A DNA stretch of 45,237 nucleotides, filler included, from Jimgerdemannia flammicorona (taxonomy: Eukaryota), in assembly GCA_003990765.1 (NCBI GenBank). It is 2 parts of 2 records of this genome, joined end to end, with 100 filler letters (N's around TTAATTAATTAA, not from the genome) between each part and the next. Parts side by side here need not be neighbours in the genome. Positions count along the whole stretch, not along the records: positions 1 to 22,570 come from RBNJ01001246.1; 1 more part is not named here. One strand, written 5' to 3'. Numbering within the stretch: the first letter of the stretch is position 1; the number at the start of each line of letters is the position of its first letter. A program made the position numbers and the translations under genes. Under the pieces are notes generated by a model. The model was not told where the DNA came from. It searched no databases and was given only the letters and a program-made list of their open reading frames with translations. Positions 1-12,639 of this stretch are shown here, in pieces.

Positions 1-31
<31 letters not shown>

Positions 32-955
32 GTCACTTGGACTTCTCTTTATTACCTCAATCTATAATAATAATACAATTTCACCTGCATCCCCTCAACC
101 AATACCCCTCAGATCCCCTTTTCCATCCTCTATTCCTTTCTGTCAAAGGATAACTCAGTCACCCACTACCCAAATTCTCCCTCCACTTTTCCTGCAAATA
201 TGATTTACTAAACTTTGTCAGCTCCTCTCACCCAGCCTCCACCCTCTCTACCAGCTGTTCAAAATGTCCAGTAACAGCCATTCCCACCATGCCACCCTAG
301 TCTCAACCCCAACCTGCTAGCTCTCCTTGAATACATATAATCAATACTCAGTCAGCTCAATCCAAAGTGCCAGAGTCTAACCCAGGGTCAGCCATTTATC
401 CCCAATCCCTCCCACTAGCTTTCAGTGGAGGTCTCCCCATCTCCCCCCTTCCCCTCTCACCAGGGCTTGTAGCCCTAACTGGCCTGCAATGTAGCATCAA
501 AATTCCCCTAAGACATCATACTTGCCAAGCCAGTACTCAGGCATTTGTACCACTCTCCCCTCCTGTCCAACATCCATACATTTCTCACACTTAAACTTGC
601 CATCTGCCACCAAGTGCCCAGACTGATAGTTCAACATCACATTCCACCTCAGAAACTGCCACCAAATCACCCAGAACTTGGGGGAAGTTACTGCATCACC
701 TGCTTGCTCTAAAGCCAAATACCATTCCAGTCTTACTCCTTGTCAATCCCCACCCTCTGTCATGCTTCAGGCCACAGATCCCCCCCTAAGCTCTGTATGC
801 AATCCATTCTATCACTAAGCTAGAAATCCTCCACCAATGTACCACCCAGCAGTAACCTGTCCCATCTCTACATCTGTAGTCCCCAATCTACCTCTCCCTC
901 ATCTCTCTGCCACTAAAGTCCAATTCTCCTTGTGCCATCCACCACCTCCCACTAG
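1..955 (-). mobile_element. 5'-truncated L1/Tx1-like LINE 3' end (ORF2 C-terminus, 3' UTR, poly(A))
   Basis: Poly-T at 1-28 with a minus-strand AATAAA..AGTCCAAGTGACTAT tail. ORF 497-718 (PKFWVIWWQ..CEKC..EYWLGKY) matches the ORF2 C-terminus of the full LINE at 36602-37075. Confidence 0.9.
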
Positions 956-2960
956 TTAGACCTTATGTCAGAATACCACTAGATCTGAATCAAGCCAGAA
1001 GATATTCCCAAGACTGTGTTCATGACCTCTTTTGGACTCTATGAATTCCTGGTCTTAGTATTTGGTCTCACCAATATACCCACCATATTCCAGACTCTGA
1101 TAAATAAGATATTCAAGGACTAACTATTTATTTTCCTATTGATATATCTTGACAACATCCTGATCTTTAGTACAACTAAAGAAGAATATCTCAAATATAT
1201 TCAAATAGTTCTGGAGATTCTGTGAAAATACAAGCTTTATGCTAAGCTCAAGAAGTGTGAATTCTTCAAGGAATAAGTCAAATACCTTGGCCACATTATC
1301 TCTGCACAAGAAATTTAAGTAGACCTATACAAGATAGAAGCAATTGAAGAATGGCCCATTCTGTCAAACCTCACAGAACTCTGATCCTTTCTTGGTCTAG
1401 CTGACTATTACTGCTGTTTTGTCAGAAACTTCTCTAATATTGCTGAGCCACTGACTAACCTCATGAGAAAGGCCCTGCACTCAGACCACTATATACCCTA
1501 CACCTGAGACCTCTTCTGTCAATAAGCCTTTCAAGAACTTAAGAACTATCTGACCCATGCTACAGTCCTGCATAATGCAGATCAAGGCCTAAAATTCATA
1601 GTCACCACTGATATATTGAATTTTGCCATTGGAGCAGTCCTATCACAAGATGATGGCAAAGAATATCACTCTATTGCTTTCAAGTCCCATAAGCTAGCCC
1701 CAGCTGAACAAAAGCTAGCTACTTATAAGAAGGAACTATTAGTAATAATATATACACTAGACCACTGGCAATGCTATCTAGAAGGTATTGAGTTTGATGT
1801 CATTACTGATCATCAATCTCTCAAGTATATCAACACCCAATCTACTCTGTCATGTCTACAAGCCAAGTGGAGTCTCAAGCTTCAAACCTTCAATCCAATG
1901 ATCATCTACAAGCCTGGCAAGATACTTATAGTATCAGATACCTTATTAAGATACCCAGACCTTACCACAATCATATAAGTTATCTTGGCATCAGAATTTC
2001 TAGACCAAATCAGGCAAGCTTACAAAGAAGACATAGTTGCCACTAGAGTTTTCTCAAATGAACTCAAGGATATATATACTATCAAGAACAACCTGATCTA
2101 TCATCAAGATCAAGTTTATCTATCTGAAAACATAAACCTATACTATAAGGTTTTGCAAGAACACCATAACTTCCCTCTTACTGGTCACCTGGGAATTGAG
2201 AAGACTGTCAAGAACATCCAATGCCACTACTATTGGCCAAATATGGTCAAGGAAATCAAGAACTATGTTGCCAGCTGTAATCTATGTCAGCACAACAAGT
2301 CTACCAACCAAGCATCTGCCAGTTTGCTACAACCACTGTCAATTCCTACCAAGAAGTTTGAGCAAGTCACCATGGACTTTGTAACTCAACTACTACAAAC
2401 TTAATCTGGTACTGATACTATTATTATATTCATTGACCACCTGACCAAGACTATGGTTGCTGAACCAACCACTACCAATGCTACTGGACTTGAGATTATA
2501 AGAATCTTCTTCAAGTCTATCTTCTGTTACTATGATCTACCATAAATAATTATCAGTGATTGTGACCCCAAGTTTACCAGTCACTTCTGACAAACTCTCT
2601 TCAAGACTCTAGGAACCCAATTGGCTATATCTACTGCCTTTCACCCACAAACTGATAGACAAACCAAGTATATGAACAAAACTCTAGAACAAATACTTAG
2701 AAACTATGTTTCTTATAAACAAGATGATTGGGACATCTATCTGACTTATGCAGAGTTTGTATATAATAATGCTATCCAATTATCTACTGATCTTTTCCCT
2801 TTCTGGTTACTCTATGGTCAAGATCCCAAGACCCCTGCAAGTCTATTCTCTTTTAAGAAAACCAGTCAAATACAAGTCCCAACCACCAAGAACCTTATAG
2901 ACAAAATGGATGAACTACTCAAGATTACTACTGTGAATCTTCAGAAGGCTCAACAGCATC

Positions 2961-3367
2961 CCTGTCATCCATGCACCTCTGTCCCCTTCCTTACCTCCAT
3001 ATCCAAACACTAATCCTATTCAACATAATATGACTTTCCATAGTCCCTGTGCTAATGTGTGCTACTATTATAGTGAAGCCAGTCATCAGGCTTGTGAATG
3101 TGGCAAGTCTACCCCCATATGGTAAGGAGAAGAAGCTGAAGGATTGTGAACATAATCATGCCATTACTAAGAAGTCAAGAAGATGAAGATGTTGTGTAAA
3201 GAGAAGGTTTGGTGTACTATGAGTATAAAGAGTTTGTTACAATGTCTGATGAGTTTTCCACCAATGTTACTCTATTCCTGGGTGTAATTCCCTTCTGAAA
3301 TAAGCTACAACTGCAATGAGAAGGGCCACTTGAGCAAAGAAACAAAAAAAAAAAAAAAAAAAAAAAA
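2961..3367 (+). pseudogene. Retroposed, unspliced 5' fragment of a GIS2/CNBP/Byr3-like CCHC zinc-knuckle gene
   Basis: 15-bp TSD AG(G/A)CTCAACAGCATC at 2946-2960 and 3368-3382; poly(A) tail. ATG at 3030 reads MTFHSPCANVCYYYSEASHQACECGKSTPI-C, interrupted by a GTAAGG...AG intron (3122-3304), then YNCNEKGHLSKE. Confidence 0.8.
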
Positions 3368-4171
3368 AGACTCAACAGCATCAAGTCAAGTATACTGACA
3401 AGAAATGCCATGATATCACTTATACTATTGAAGATTAAGTCCTACTATCTACTGAGAACCTCAAGATATAATCTCAAGTCAACTGTCCTTTGAATAAGTT
3501 CCAACTCAAGTATATTGAACCTTTTAAGATTACTAAACAAGTCTCTGCATCCTCCTACTATCTCAAGCTACCTGAAACCATGAGAGTATATCCAGTCTTT
3601 TATGTGTCACACCTCAAGACCTGGAACCAGTCACTACCCTACCCTGGTCAAATTCCTAAGCCTTCTACCCCTGTGATTATCAAAGACCATATTGAGTATG
3701 AAGCTGAGAAAATCCTTGACAAATGAATCTACTACCATCATTCTGAATATCTAGTCAAGTGGATGGGTTATCCTAAATATGATGCTATCTGGGAACCACT
3801 GGTCAACCTCAAGAACTCTCAAGATCTAGTTCAAGACTTCAAGGCAAAACACATTACTTAATCCCTATAGTGACTTCCTTGGATTGTTGACAATCTATGG
3901 CAATGACCAGTGTCTTATGCATCAGAAGTTTACTTTGGGACCCTGGAACCAGTAAAACATTTAATGAACAAAAAGTCTACCAAAATAAAGCTACTAGCTG
4001 GGTTCAAACTCCTCCTAGTTGATTAGTCTGATAATAGGCCCTCTGCCCTATATAAGGATGGCCAATTTCCACCAATGTGCCAATTCAAGTTTGAGAAATT
4101 TTGGTTAAGTATACCTAGTCTTATATTACCTAAGAACTTAATGAGGATATTGTTTCTTAAGGAGGGAGGGA

Positions 4172-4642
4172 TGTAACAATTTCACAGTCATATTTAGTCT
4201 TAGTACATTTTTGTGTCTTTTAGTTAGTCTTTTCTTATTATTTCTTAAACATTTTACTATGTTCCATCACCTTCTACTTACTTAGAAATCTTCTCTTGGT
4301 ACCCAGACACCATCAGAATATTCTTGTCTTTTCTTGGTACCAAGCATCTTATCTTAGCTAGTTATGGAACCTTTTAGAACATTGTAGAATAGTATTAGTC
4401 AGCTTTGCTGAGAATCTATTTCTTGGCATTTCTCTTTCTTTCCAAGATCCTTCTGGATCTTTCTTTCAGATCATGTATAAATATCCTTATTCTCTATCTG
4501 AATAAAGCTCAGAATATTTTCTCCCAGAAATTTCTCAAGTATATTTGAACCTTTAAGTATCTCTTCAAGCTATATACATACTTAGACCAACTAGAGCTTC
4601 TAGATTTAGCTACTTCTTCTTAAAGAAACTAGAACCATTACA
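4172..4642 (+). repeat. Chromovirus 3' LTR (TG...CA, 471 bp)
   Basis: Starts TGTAAC right after the PPT and ends ATTACA; has internal TATAAATA and AATAAA; clearly homologous to LTRs at 39574-39980 and 28536-28617. Confidence 0.92.
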
Positions 4643-7600
4643 CCCTATACCAGTCTTACCAATCTCATCTATAGAACCTTTATCACCAGCCCTTACAGAA
4701 TTGAAAATAGCTCCTATAAGAATACCTAAACTCATTCTACTTCATCTAAGATCCAGAACACTATCCTCAAGATACCCAAGCACCCCCATCTCCAGTGACA
4801 GTTCAGAAAGCAAATCAGAGTCAGAATCCAAATCAGAATCTGGACCAGAACTAGAATCAGAAGAAAGAGATAATAAAATAGCCACCTTATTACCAACCTT
4901 TGCAGGATACCCAGAGAAAGACTCCAGAAAATTTCTTAATAGAATTGAAGGAATCATAGTCCTGAGGAATCTCTCAGATAAAAGAAAAATCACCATCTAT
5001 AAGACCCAGCTCAGAGAACCAGCCAAAGGAATTTTCCACCAAACAGCAAATGACCCACATTTAGAACTAGTAAAACAGATATTAGCAGTAGCATCTTATG
5101 AGCTAGAATATGTAACCATGGTTCACTGGCTTATCAAAAAATATGCAGGAAATGAAACCCACCACAAGGTCTAAGAATCTATTATGAAGATAAAGATAAA
5201 TCTCAGATAATCACCCAGAGCCTTCTTTATAAGAATCCAGAAGAGAATACATACTGCTGGGTTCAATATCACCAACTAAGACATCATAGGTTCAATGATC
5301 TTCATGAATGGGATTCTCCTGAATATTACTTAGCATGTTTACTCTCTAAGCATCAGAAGGTCTGAAGAGCAAGTAGACATAGCTCAAGAATTCTTTGATG
5401 TCAGACAAGAAACTACCTGAATTGACTATGATAAGAAGGATGATAAGGAGGACATCTTGGTCAAAGCCCTACAAGAACTCCTTCAAGGACAAGAGAGACC
5501 TGAAGAAAGAAGAGCAGCCAAAGAAGGAAAGAAGAACAGAAGTGAAATCCAAGACCTCAGCTCTAAGTTGGACTGATTGGTTTGATAGATTGAAAAACTT
5601 ACCATATGTAAAAATTGGAGTTATTAAGATAATAGAGAATATTCTCCACAAAGGAGCCAAGGTTATTCACTAAGAGATAACAGAAACTACTAGTAAGAAG
5701 AAAGAAGATACTCTGTCTGAGACAGAGCCCAAGTCCAATGCTTCCACTATAGACAATTTGGATACTATACCACTAAATGTGATAATAAAAGAAGTGACTG
5801 AAGGGACTCAGAACTACTAAACCAAAGGAATGATATTCAGTATAAGAAGACTGAAGCCCATTCTGTTGAAGATTTCAAAGAAGCAAGTAACAGTGAAGAC
5901 TACAGTGATCTAGACTTGTACTCTACCAAGATTACTATCTGAAAAACAGTCTACCCAGCAGAAAAAAGAAAGAGACCTGTAGGAAGGCTATCCAGAAACA
6001 TCAGTAGAAGAATCATCCAAGAAGAAGATAAAGAACATGAGAAAGAACAGGTAGAAATACCTCCCAGAACTCTCTCATTTTTTATCTCCAAGACAAATGA
6101 GCTACCACCAGAAGATGAAGAAATAGAACAAGAAAAACAGGAGCCTGCTGCTCTAAAGCCCAAAAGAAGTACACCCCAAAGACCATGTCTAGAGATATCT
6201 ACAATAAAGTCTGGCAGAAGATTCAAGAGGTCAAGATGAAAGTCCCTCTCCTGCAGTTCTTGCAACTGATACCAGCTGGAGTCTAAAACAAATTACTGAA
6301 AACCACTAGGTCTAGCACTGGCCAAGTTCTCATCCCACAGTAAGAGCCAGCCCCCATACTTATCTAGGCTGCAGAGAGATATATCAGCATCTATTTATAT
6401 GGAGACATTGGAGGACAAAAGGTAAAAATCCTTATAGATACAGGAGTAGCTATCTGTGTTATTGCTAAATAATTCCTAGATACTCTCCAATGACCCATTG
6501 ATGGACTATCTAATCTTAACATTATAGTAGCAGATAGAGTCTGAACTCAACCCCTTGGAGAAGTATTAAACATCACTATTTCCCTTGAACATATTCAGTT
6601 CTTTATCCCAAAAGCTATTGTCACTGAAGCTGTTACCTATGATATGATTCTTAGTACCAACTAGATGAAGGAAATGAATATAGTTATTGATATTGGTCAA
6701 TAAGTACTCAAGTTTGACTACTGAGGCAAGAAGTACAGAGTTAAGGTAACTAGCTATAAGCAATCAAAGAAGAAGAAGATCACTATCCAGGAAGAATATG
6801 CCAGTAGTGAAGAGTCTACTATAGAGGAAGAAGAAGAATCTGAAGATAAAAATGATCCCAGACTCAATTCCCAAATTAACCTGGTGGATAATAGATCAGA
6901 AGACAATATATGGACCAAGAATACTGTCCCCATTACTATCAGAGTTATTGCAGGAGAAATCAAAGGATGCCCCATCTATCTCAGAAGACACAAGTGCCCT
7001 AAGCACTCCTCCAAGATCATTGGGACAAGGAATTTACCTGGTATAGCTTGCTCTGAGTATAGAAAGAAGAAGAAGAAATACAGACATATTCCAGAAATAC
7101 CTACAGCTGAAGCTGCAGAAGTACAAGCAATTTAGAACCAAGAATCATCTGAAAAAGAGGAAGCTCTTGACCAAGAAGTCCCTGAACAAGAAGTATCCAA
7201 AGAAGAAGAAGTCCCTGAACTCATTCCCTAGAATAATCCTTGCTGGACACCACCTGAAGATAATGACCCTTGGAATATAGAAGAAGGACTCAGTACAATC
7301 TCCATCATCCTCAAGAAAGAAACTTACCAAGAAAGGGCCTTTCAGCTAGGAAGATGTCCACATCAAATGGTCTTCCACTCTCTCCAAGACTACTGCTATC
7401 AGTGTTATCTACTAGACTAACAGAAGAGACAGAGACCCCAAAGACCAGAACTCCTGAATATAGTTGCACAGTCAACTATCTTCCAAGAGATTACCACTAA
7501 GTTACAAAGTCAATTCAGAGGACAAGGCCTCTTCACCTGAACAGAAGTATATCCATTGTTCACCCTTCCTCCAACTTATGACCAAGATGGATACCAATTC

Positions 7601-8041
7601 CTAAAATAACAAGAAATCAACAACTGGGAACATTATTTCCAAGTAATGGAATATTGTAATCATAGAAGACACCCAGACTGCCAAGACTGCAGACATTAGA
7701 AGATTCACCTCAGTCATGATGTTGCAATCTATACCTTAAAGAGAGGAGATAACAGAGGTCAGATCTGAAAAAGCCAGACCAAGAAGCCAGAGAGAAGAAC
7801 TCTCAAGATCTACAATTTAGAAGAAGACATTCTAGCTCTCATCAGACATATAACCTACTAAAGATGAGTAGAAGATGCCATCAACTTCATGGAAGCCCTA
7901 GACCCTACAGGAAGAAGAGAGATCAACTATCTCCAAGACTCTTCTACTGGAGCCAGATAGCTACACCTCAACCTCAGAGCCTGGAGGCTCTCTACTAGTG
8001 GAGCTTCTGCCCAAAGATAGTCCAAACTCAGTAGGAATATT

Positions 8042-8438
8042 GTCCAGTATATCTTGCTACATCCCAAGACCAAACCCCCAACCAAAGCTCACCCATAAGA
8101 TATAGAATATGATCTTCACAGTCTGGAGGATAAATTCATCAAGTCTGAAAAAACATTCATAATCAGAACTGGACTAGCCATATAGCTACCTCAAGGAACT
8201 TATATCCAACTGACCTCAAGGTCTGGACTTATCAGACAAGAGATAACTATAGAAGGAGGAACTATTGACCCAGGATACATAGGTGAAATCAAGGTCATTC
8301 TACATAATAGCAGTACAGAATAGTACTGAATCATTAGAGGACAGAAGATTGTCCAAGCAGTCTTTATGAAGGTCAAGACTCTATAATTACAAAAAGTCTC
8401 TGAACTGACTGAAGGAATAAGGATTTGAAAGTTCAGAT
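8042..8438 (+). pseudogene. dUTPase domain within gypsy pol (between protease and RT)
   Basis: Manual translation shows all five dUTPase motifs in order, degenerate: IEYDL, TSRSGL, GTIDPGYIGEI, GQKIVQ, GFESSD. Confidence 0.9.
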
Positions 8439-11288
8439 AAGAAGGAAGTACATCTCCTTTAAGTCAATTACCTCAAGAGGAATGCTCTCCAGCAAGTATA
8501 CCACCAACTAGTTATGCTACACAAGAACCTCATTCTGAAATCTGGAGAACAAACCACCTTCAAAATCTTTGCACCACCTGATCTCAGAAATCTCTTCTTT
8601 GAACCCAATGAAGACATCCTATACCTAGACATAGAAGGGCACACCTTCCCTGACAAGATGAACCCAGTATACTCTTGAGCAATCAACCAAAGTTGAAAGA
8701 CTATCATCTTGCTAAAAGAAACTATCATAGGATACCTGGTGTCTTTTCTCAACTGAACTCATAGAGAAGTTTATGAACTAAACCTCTTGGAAAACAGCAA
8801 AAGGTCTCAGAAGAAAGAAAAGGTCCCTCTGCAACCCAGGAGACAGTGAAGCATTCTACCAACATTGAAGAAGAATTGACACCTCAGTAATAGTAATAAC
8901 TAGTAGAACTCCTCAAAAAATATAAAGATATCTTTACTACTGATTATGGTAACCTACCATATAACCCATCATATCACTACAGCATAAATACAGAAAATGC
9001 AATACCTATCTGACAGAAACCCTATAGAATACTCCATTACTTAAAAATATTCAAAAAGAAGTACATTCAAGAACTCTTAGACAATGGAGTCATCTGACCC
9101 TCTACCAGTCTCTGGGCCAGCCCTATACTTGTTGTACCAAAGAAAGGAGAATGGAGACTCTGTATAGATTACAGGAAACTCAATTCAGTCACCAAAAAGG
9201 ATGTCTATCCTTTGCCCAGAATTGATGACCTTTTGGATCAGTTATAAGATATCAGATACTTCAACAGTATAGACCTTTTCACAGGATTCTATGAGATCTC
9301 TATAGACCCCAAAGATATTCAAAAGACAGCTTTTCTTGCTCTAGAAAAACTGTTTGAATATCTCTAAATATTCTTTGGATTTTGTAATGTACCCCCCACC
9401 TTCCAGAGGATGATGAATTCAGTCTATACCTCCTTGATTTACTACTGTCTGATTGTATATATGGATGATTCCAACATCTATTCAGTAAATTTTGAAGAAT
9501 ACCTATACTACTTAGAAGAATTCTTCAAGTTCACCCACAAGAACTATCTGAGACTCAATGTCAAGAAATGCTATTTTGGAAAACAGAAACTTGAATTCCT
9601 TGAATTTATAGTTTCAAAAGAAGGAATCCATATAGACTCAAAGAAAACTAAGAAGATCAACAATTGGCCAGTACCCAAGATCCTGAAGGAAATACTATTA
9701 TTCCTGATGCTAGTATCCTACTATAGAAGGTTTATCAAGAACTTTACCCAAATCACTGTCCCAATCTGAGTTCTTCTCAAGAAAGAAGTACCTTACAAAT
9801 AGACAGAATCATAAGAGAAAGCCTTCAAAGAACTCAAGAACTATATGACCATAGTACCAATTCTTGTATGCCCCAATCTATAGAAGCCATTCATCTTATA
9901 TATAGATGCTTTCAAAAATGGCCTAGGAGTGGTTCTAGCCTAAGAAGGATCTGATTAATAATACCATATGATAGCTTATATAAGCTGAGCTACCAATCAG
10001 CAGCAGATGAACTATAGTAGCACCAAACTGGAATATCTTGTAGTTATATGGGCAGTCACCCTATTCAAGCATTATCTCATCAGAAAAAAATTCACCCTAA
10101 TTATAGACCATGCAGCCCTCAAATGGCTATTCAACCATAAGGAACTCACTGGAATTCTAGTCAACTGGATTCTTATTCTCTAAGATTACAAAATCATCAT
10201 CATCTATAAAGCAGAAAAAGCTCACAATAATGTTGATGTACTTTTTTGCCAGCCCCAATGAACCAGAAGGGTGTCTCAAGAAACTATACCCTAAAGGAAG
10301 CTCCTCAGACCATCAAGGTATAAGAAGATCTCATCTGAAAAGAATATCAGAAAGCCCACCAAGGATAAGCAAATATAGAGGAAAAGTTGTAAATAATATA
10401 CCAACATTGGCCCAATCTTAGAACACAAGTCTGAGATATACTTAAGAAATATGACATCTATTAGAAGTATCAAGAAAGAAAAAATTACCAAGCACCACTG
10501 CAACCAATCATACTACTATATAGCATCTTTCAGAGATGGAGAGTAGATATAATTGGACTCCTACCAGTTACACCAAAAAGAAAGAATATTTGACCAAGTG
10601 GCCTGAGGCTTTCTCAATGGAAATTGCAAATGTCTTGACCATTATAGGTCTTCTTCATAGACTTACACTCAGATATAGACCCCAGAAGAACTCATCTCTA
10701 ACTGAGACATGGAATTCATTAATAATATAATTATAAGTTATATCTGAATTCACAAGATCCACCTCAAATGGACTATATAATACCACCCTCAGATGAATGG
10801 CATAACAGAAAGAATGAACCAGACTATTAAGAAAGAACTTGCCTGAGTCAATTCTGCTAACTGGGATCTTTGTTTATCTGAGATCTTATGGGAAATTCAG
10901 AATACCCCTATCACCTCTATTAAAAAAAGCCATTTGAAATGATATTTGCTAAGAAAACCAGAACTACTAATCATGAGAATCTTGGAGACCTTCTTGAGAA
11001 GACAGAATAGTTATATAATGTCCAAATTCAAATTACCAAAGCCCAAGAAAGATAAAAGAAGTACTATGATCAGAAACAGAAGGACCAAAAGATCAAGATT
11101 GGAGATCAAGTACTAGTTTGGAGAAATATAATTGAAATAAACTTTGCTATCAAATTGGAGCCTAAATGAGAAGGACCTTATCTTATATAACATTAGAGAA
11201 ACCAGCATCTATTTAAGAGATATAAATAGATAAATCCTAAGGACACTAGTATATATCAATTGTCTCAAGATATATCTTGCCCCACATC

Positions 11289-11801
11289 ATGAATCAGAGA
11301 GTTAACAACTATCTTCAGACTCTTATCCTCAGCTCATTTCAATTACTGTCAGTTCCCCTACTCTAATTCCAAGAAGTCAATGGAAATATCCTCTAGAAAA
11401 TCCAGATTCATCAAGAGAATCTTGTCCTGGTCAGACAATTGTTACAGATCCATCAACTTCAGACCCACTATACAATTGGAGAACAATTACAGAACCTTCC
11501 AGCCCCAGAACAAATATATATCAGAAATACTATAAGACTATCAAGAAGAGATATTACTGCTGCAGACAGGCTCTACACTATTTATAAACATAACTCTGTA
11601 GTCTTATTATAAGTACAATTCCCCTAGTATGATATATAAAGAATGAACCTAACCACCTACCTGAGTATCATCAATGCTGTCGAAATCCTATTCTCAGAAG
11701 AAGAAGAACTCTTGGAATAGAGCAACCATAGTATAGATGATGAAGATAATAGAACAGGTATTGATTCAGAAGATACTTATTCATACTGAGATAATAACTA
11801 A
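11289..11801 (+). pseudogene. Extra ORF3 between integrase and PPT (~170 codons, unknown function)
   Basis: One continuous frame, MNQRVNNYLQTLIL..THYTIGEQL..TAADRLYTIY..EEEELLE..DDED. Its stops are all compatible with C>T changes from Gln/Arg codons. Confidence 0.6.
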
Positions 11802-11978
11802 AGAACAGTCTGAGGACAGACCATTCTTTAGTAGGGGTTGATTTGATAAACCAAAATATACCACCTGAATTATAACTTAACTAGATGATATAAATAATTA
11901 GTATAGTAACCAAACACAGCAACCATTGCTGCAGAAAACTGTATAAATAGCCAGACTACCAGATAAGGTATATCTGTG

Positions 11979-12071
11979 TAGGACCTACATACCTATACTA
12001 GATCTGCACATCTGTGCTAAATCTGCATACTTGTGCTAGACCTGTACACCTGTACTAAACTAGTATATCTG
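11979..12071 (+). repeat. ~5 tandem 19-bp repeats in LTR U3 (CTAGATCTGCACATCTGTG-like)
   Basis: Units visible directly upstream of the TATA box. A 9-bp TTATCTGAG tandem array also lies at ~12536-12585. Confidence 0.8.
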
Positions 12072-12639
12072 CTATAAATAGTAATCTATAGTTAGCAATA
12101 TAGTAACCAGATAGCAACCATAATATATAAAATACTCCAAAGACAAGAGTGAATAAACCTTAGTCCAAAAAGTCTGAATTCAAAGCAAAAGACAAGTCTG
12201 CCTATTATACTTCAAGAGATATGTCTGCCAAAAGTCACTTGATCCAGGAAGAATTGTAACACTTAGGAGAAATACCCATTCTAAAGCCACTACTAGGAGA
12301 TTGTAAGCATTGGTTTTCTTTTTCACTCCAGTCCACTTTTCAATACAAAGCCTTAGTTCACTTGTCAGATAAGCCTGAAGTTTGCTGTCAAGTTTAAGAA
12401 AGAACTTCACTACCATTTGAGAAATCTGCTACTTAAGGAATAAGCTACTATATTTTTGGTTTGCTTGCCAGATAAGCCTGAAGAATCCTAGTTACCTGCA
12501 TTTCCAGAGAGCCACTGATTCAGAAAGAATCCACATTATCTGAGTTATCCAAGTTATCTGAGTTATCTATACTATCTGAGTTATTAGTTTATTCTCAGTG
12601 AGTCTAATTTAGGAAGAATTCACCACCAGTATTATTTCC

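Larger units (their letters stand above)
956..4642 (+). mobile_element. Ty3/gypsy chromovirus, 3' part (RT-RNaseH-integrase-chromodomain, PPT, 3' LTR), degenerate
   Basis: [16 protein letters not shown] (RT); TDILNFAIGAVL..KELL..TDHQSL (RNase H); GHLGIEKT..CNLCQ, TMDFV, HPQTD (integrase); EYLVKWMGYPKYDAIWEP (chromodomain, ~3690-3860); PPT AAGGAGGGAGGGA. Many premature stops. Confidence 0.95.

Noticed and set aside
11979..12071. CRISPR array
   Set aside because: Degenerate head-to-tail units without spacers, inside an LTR.
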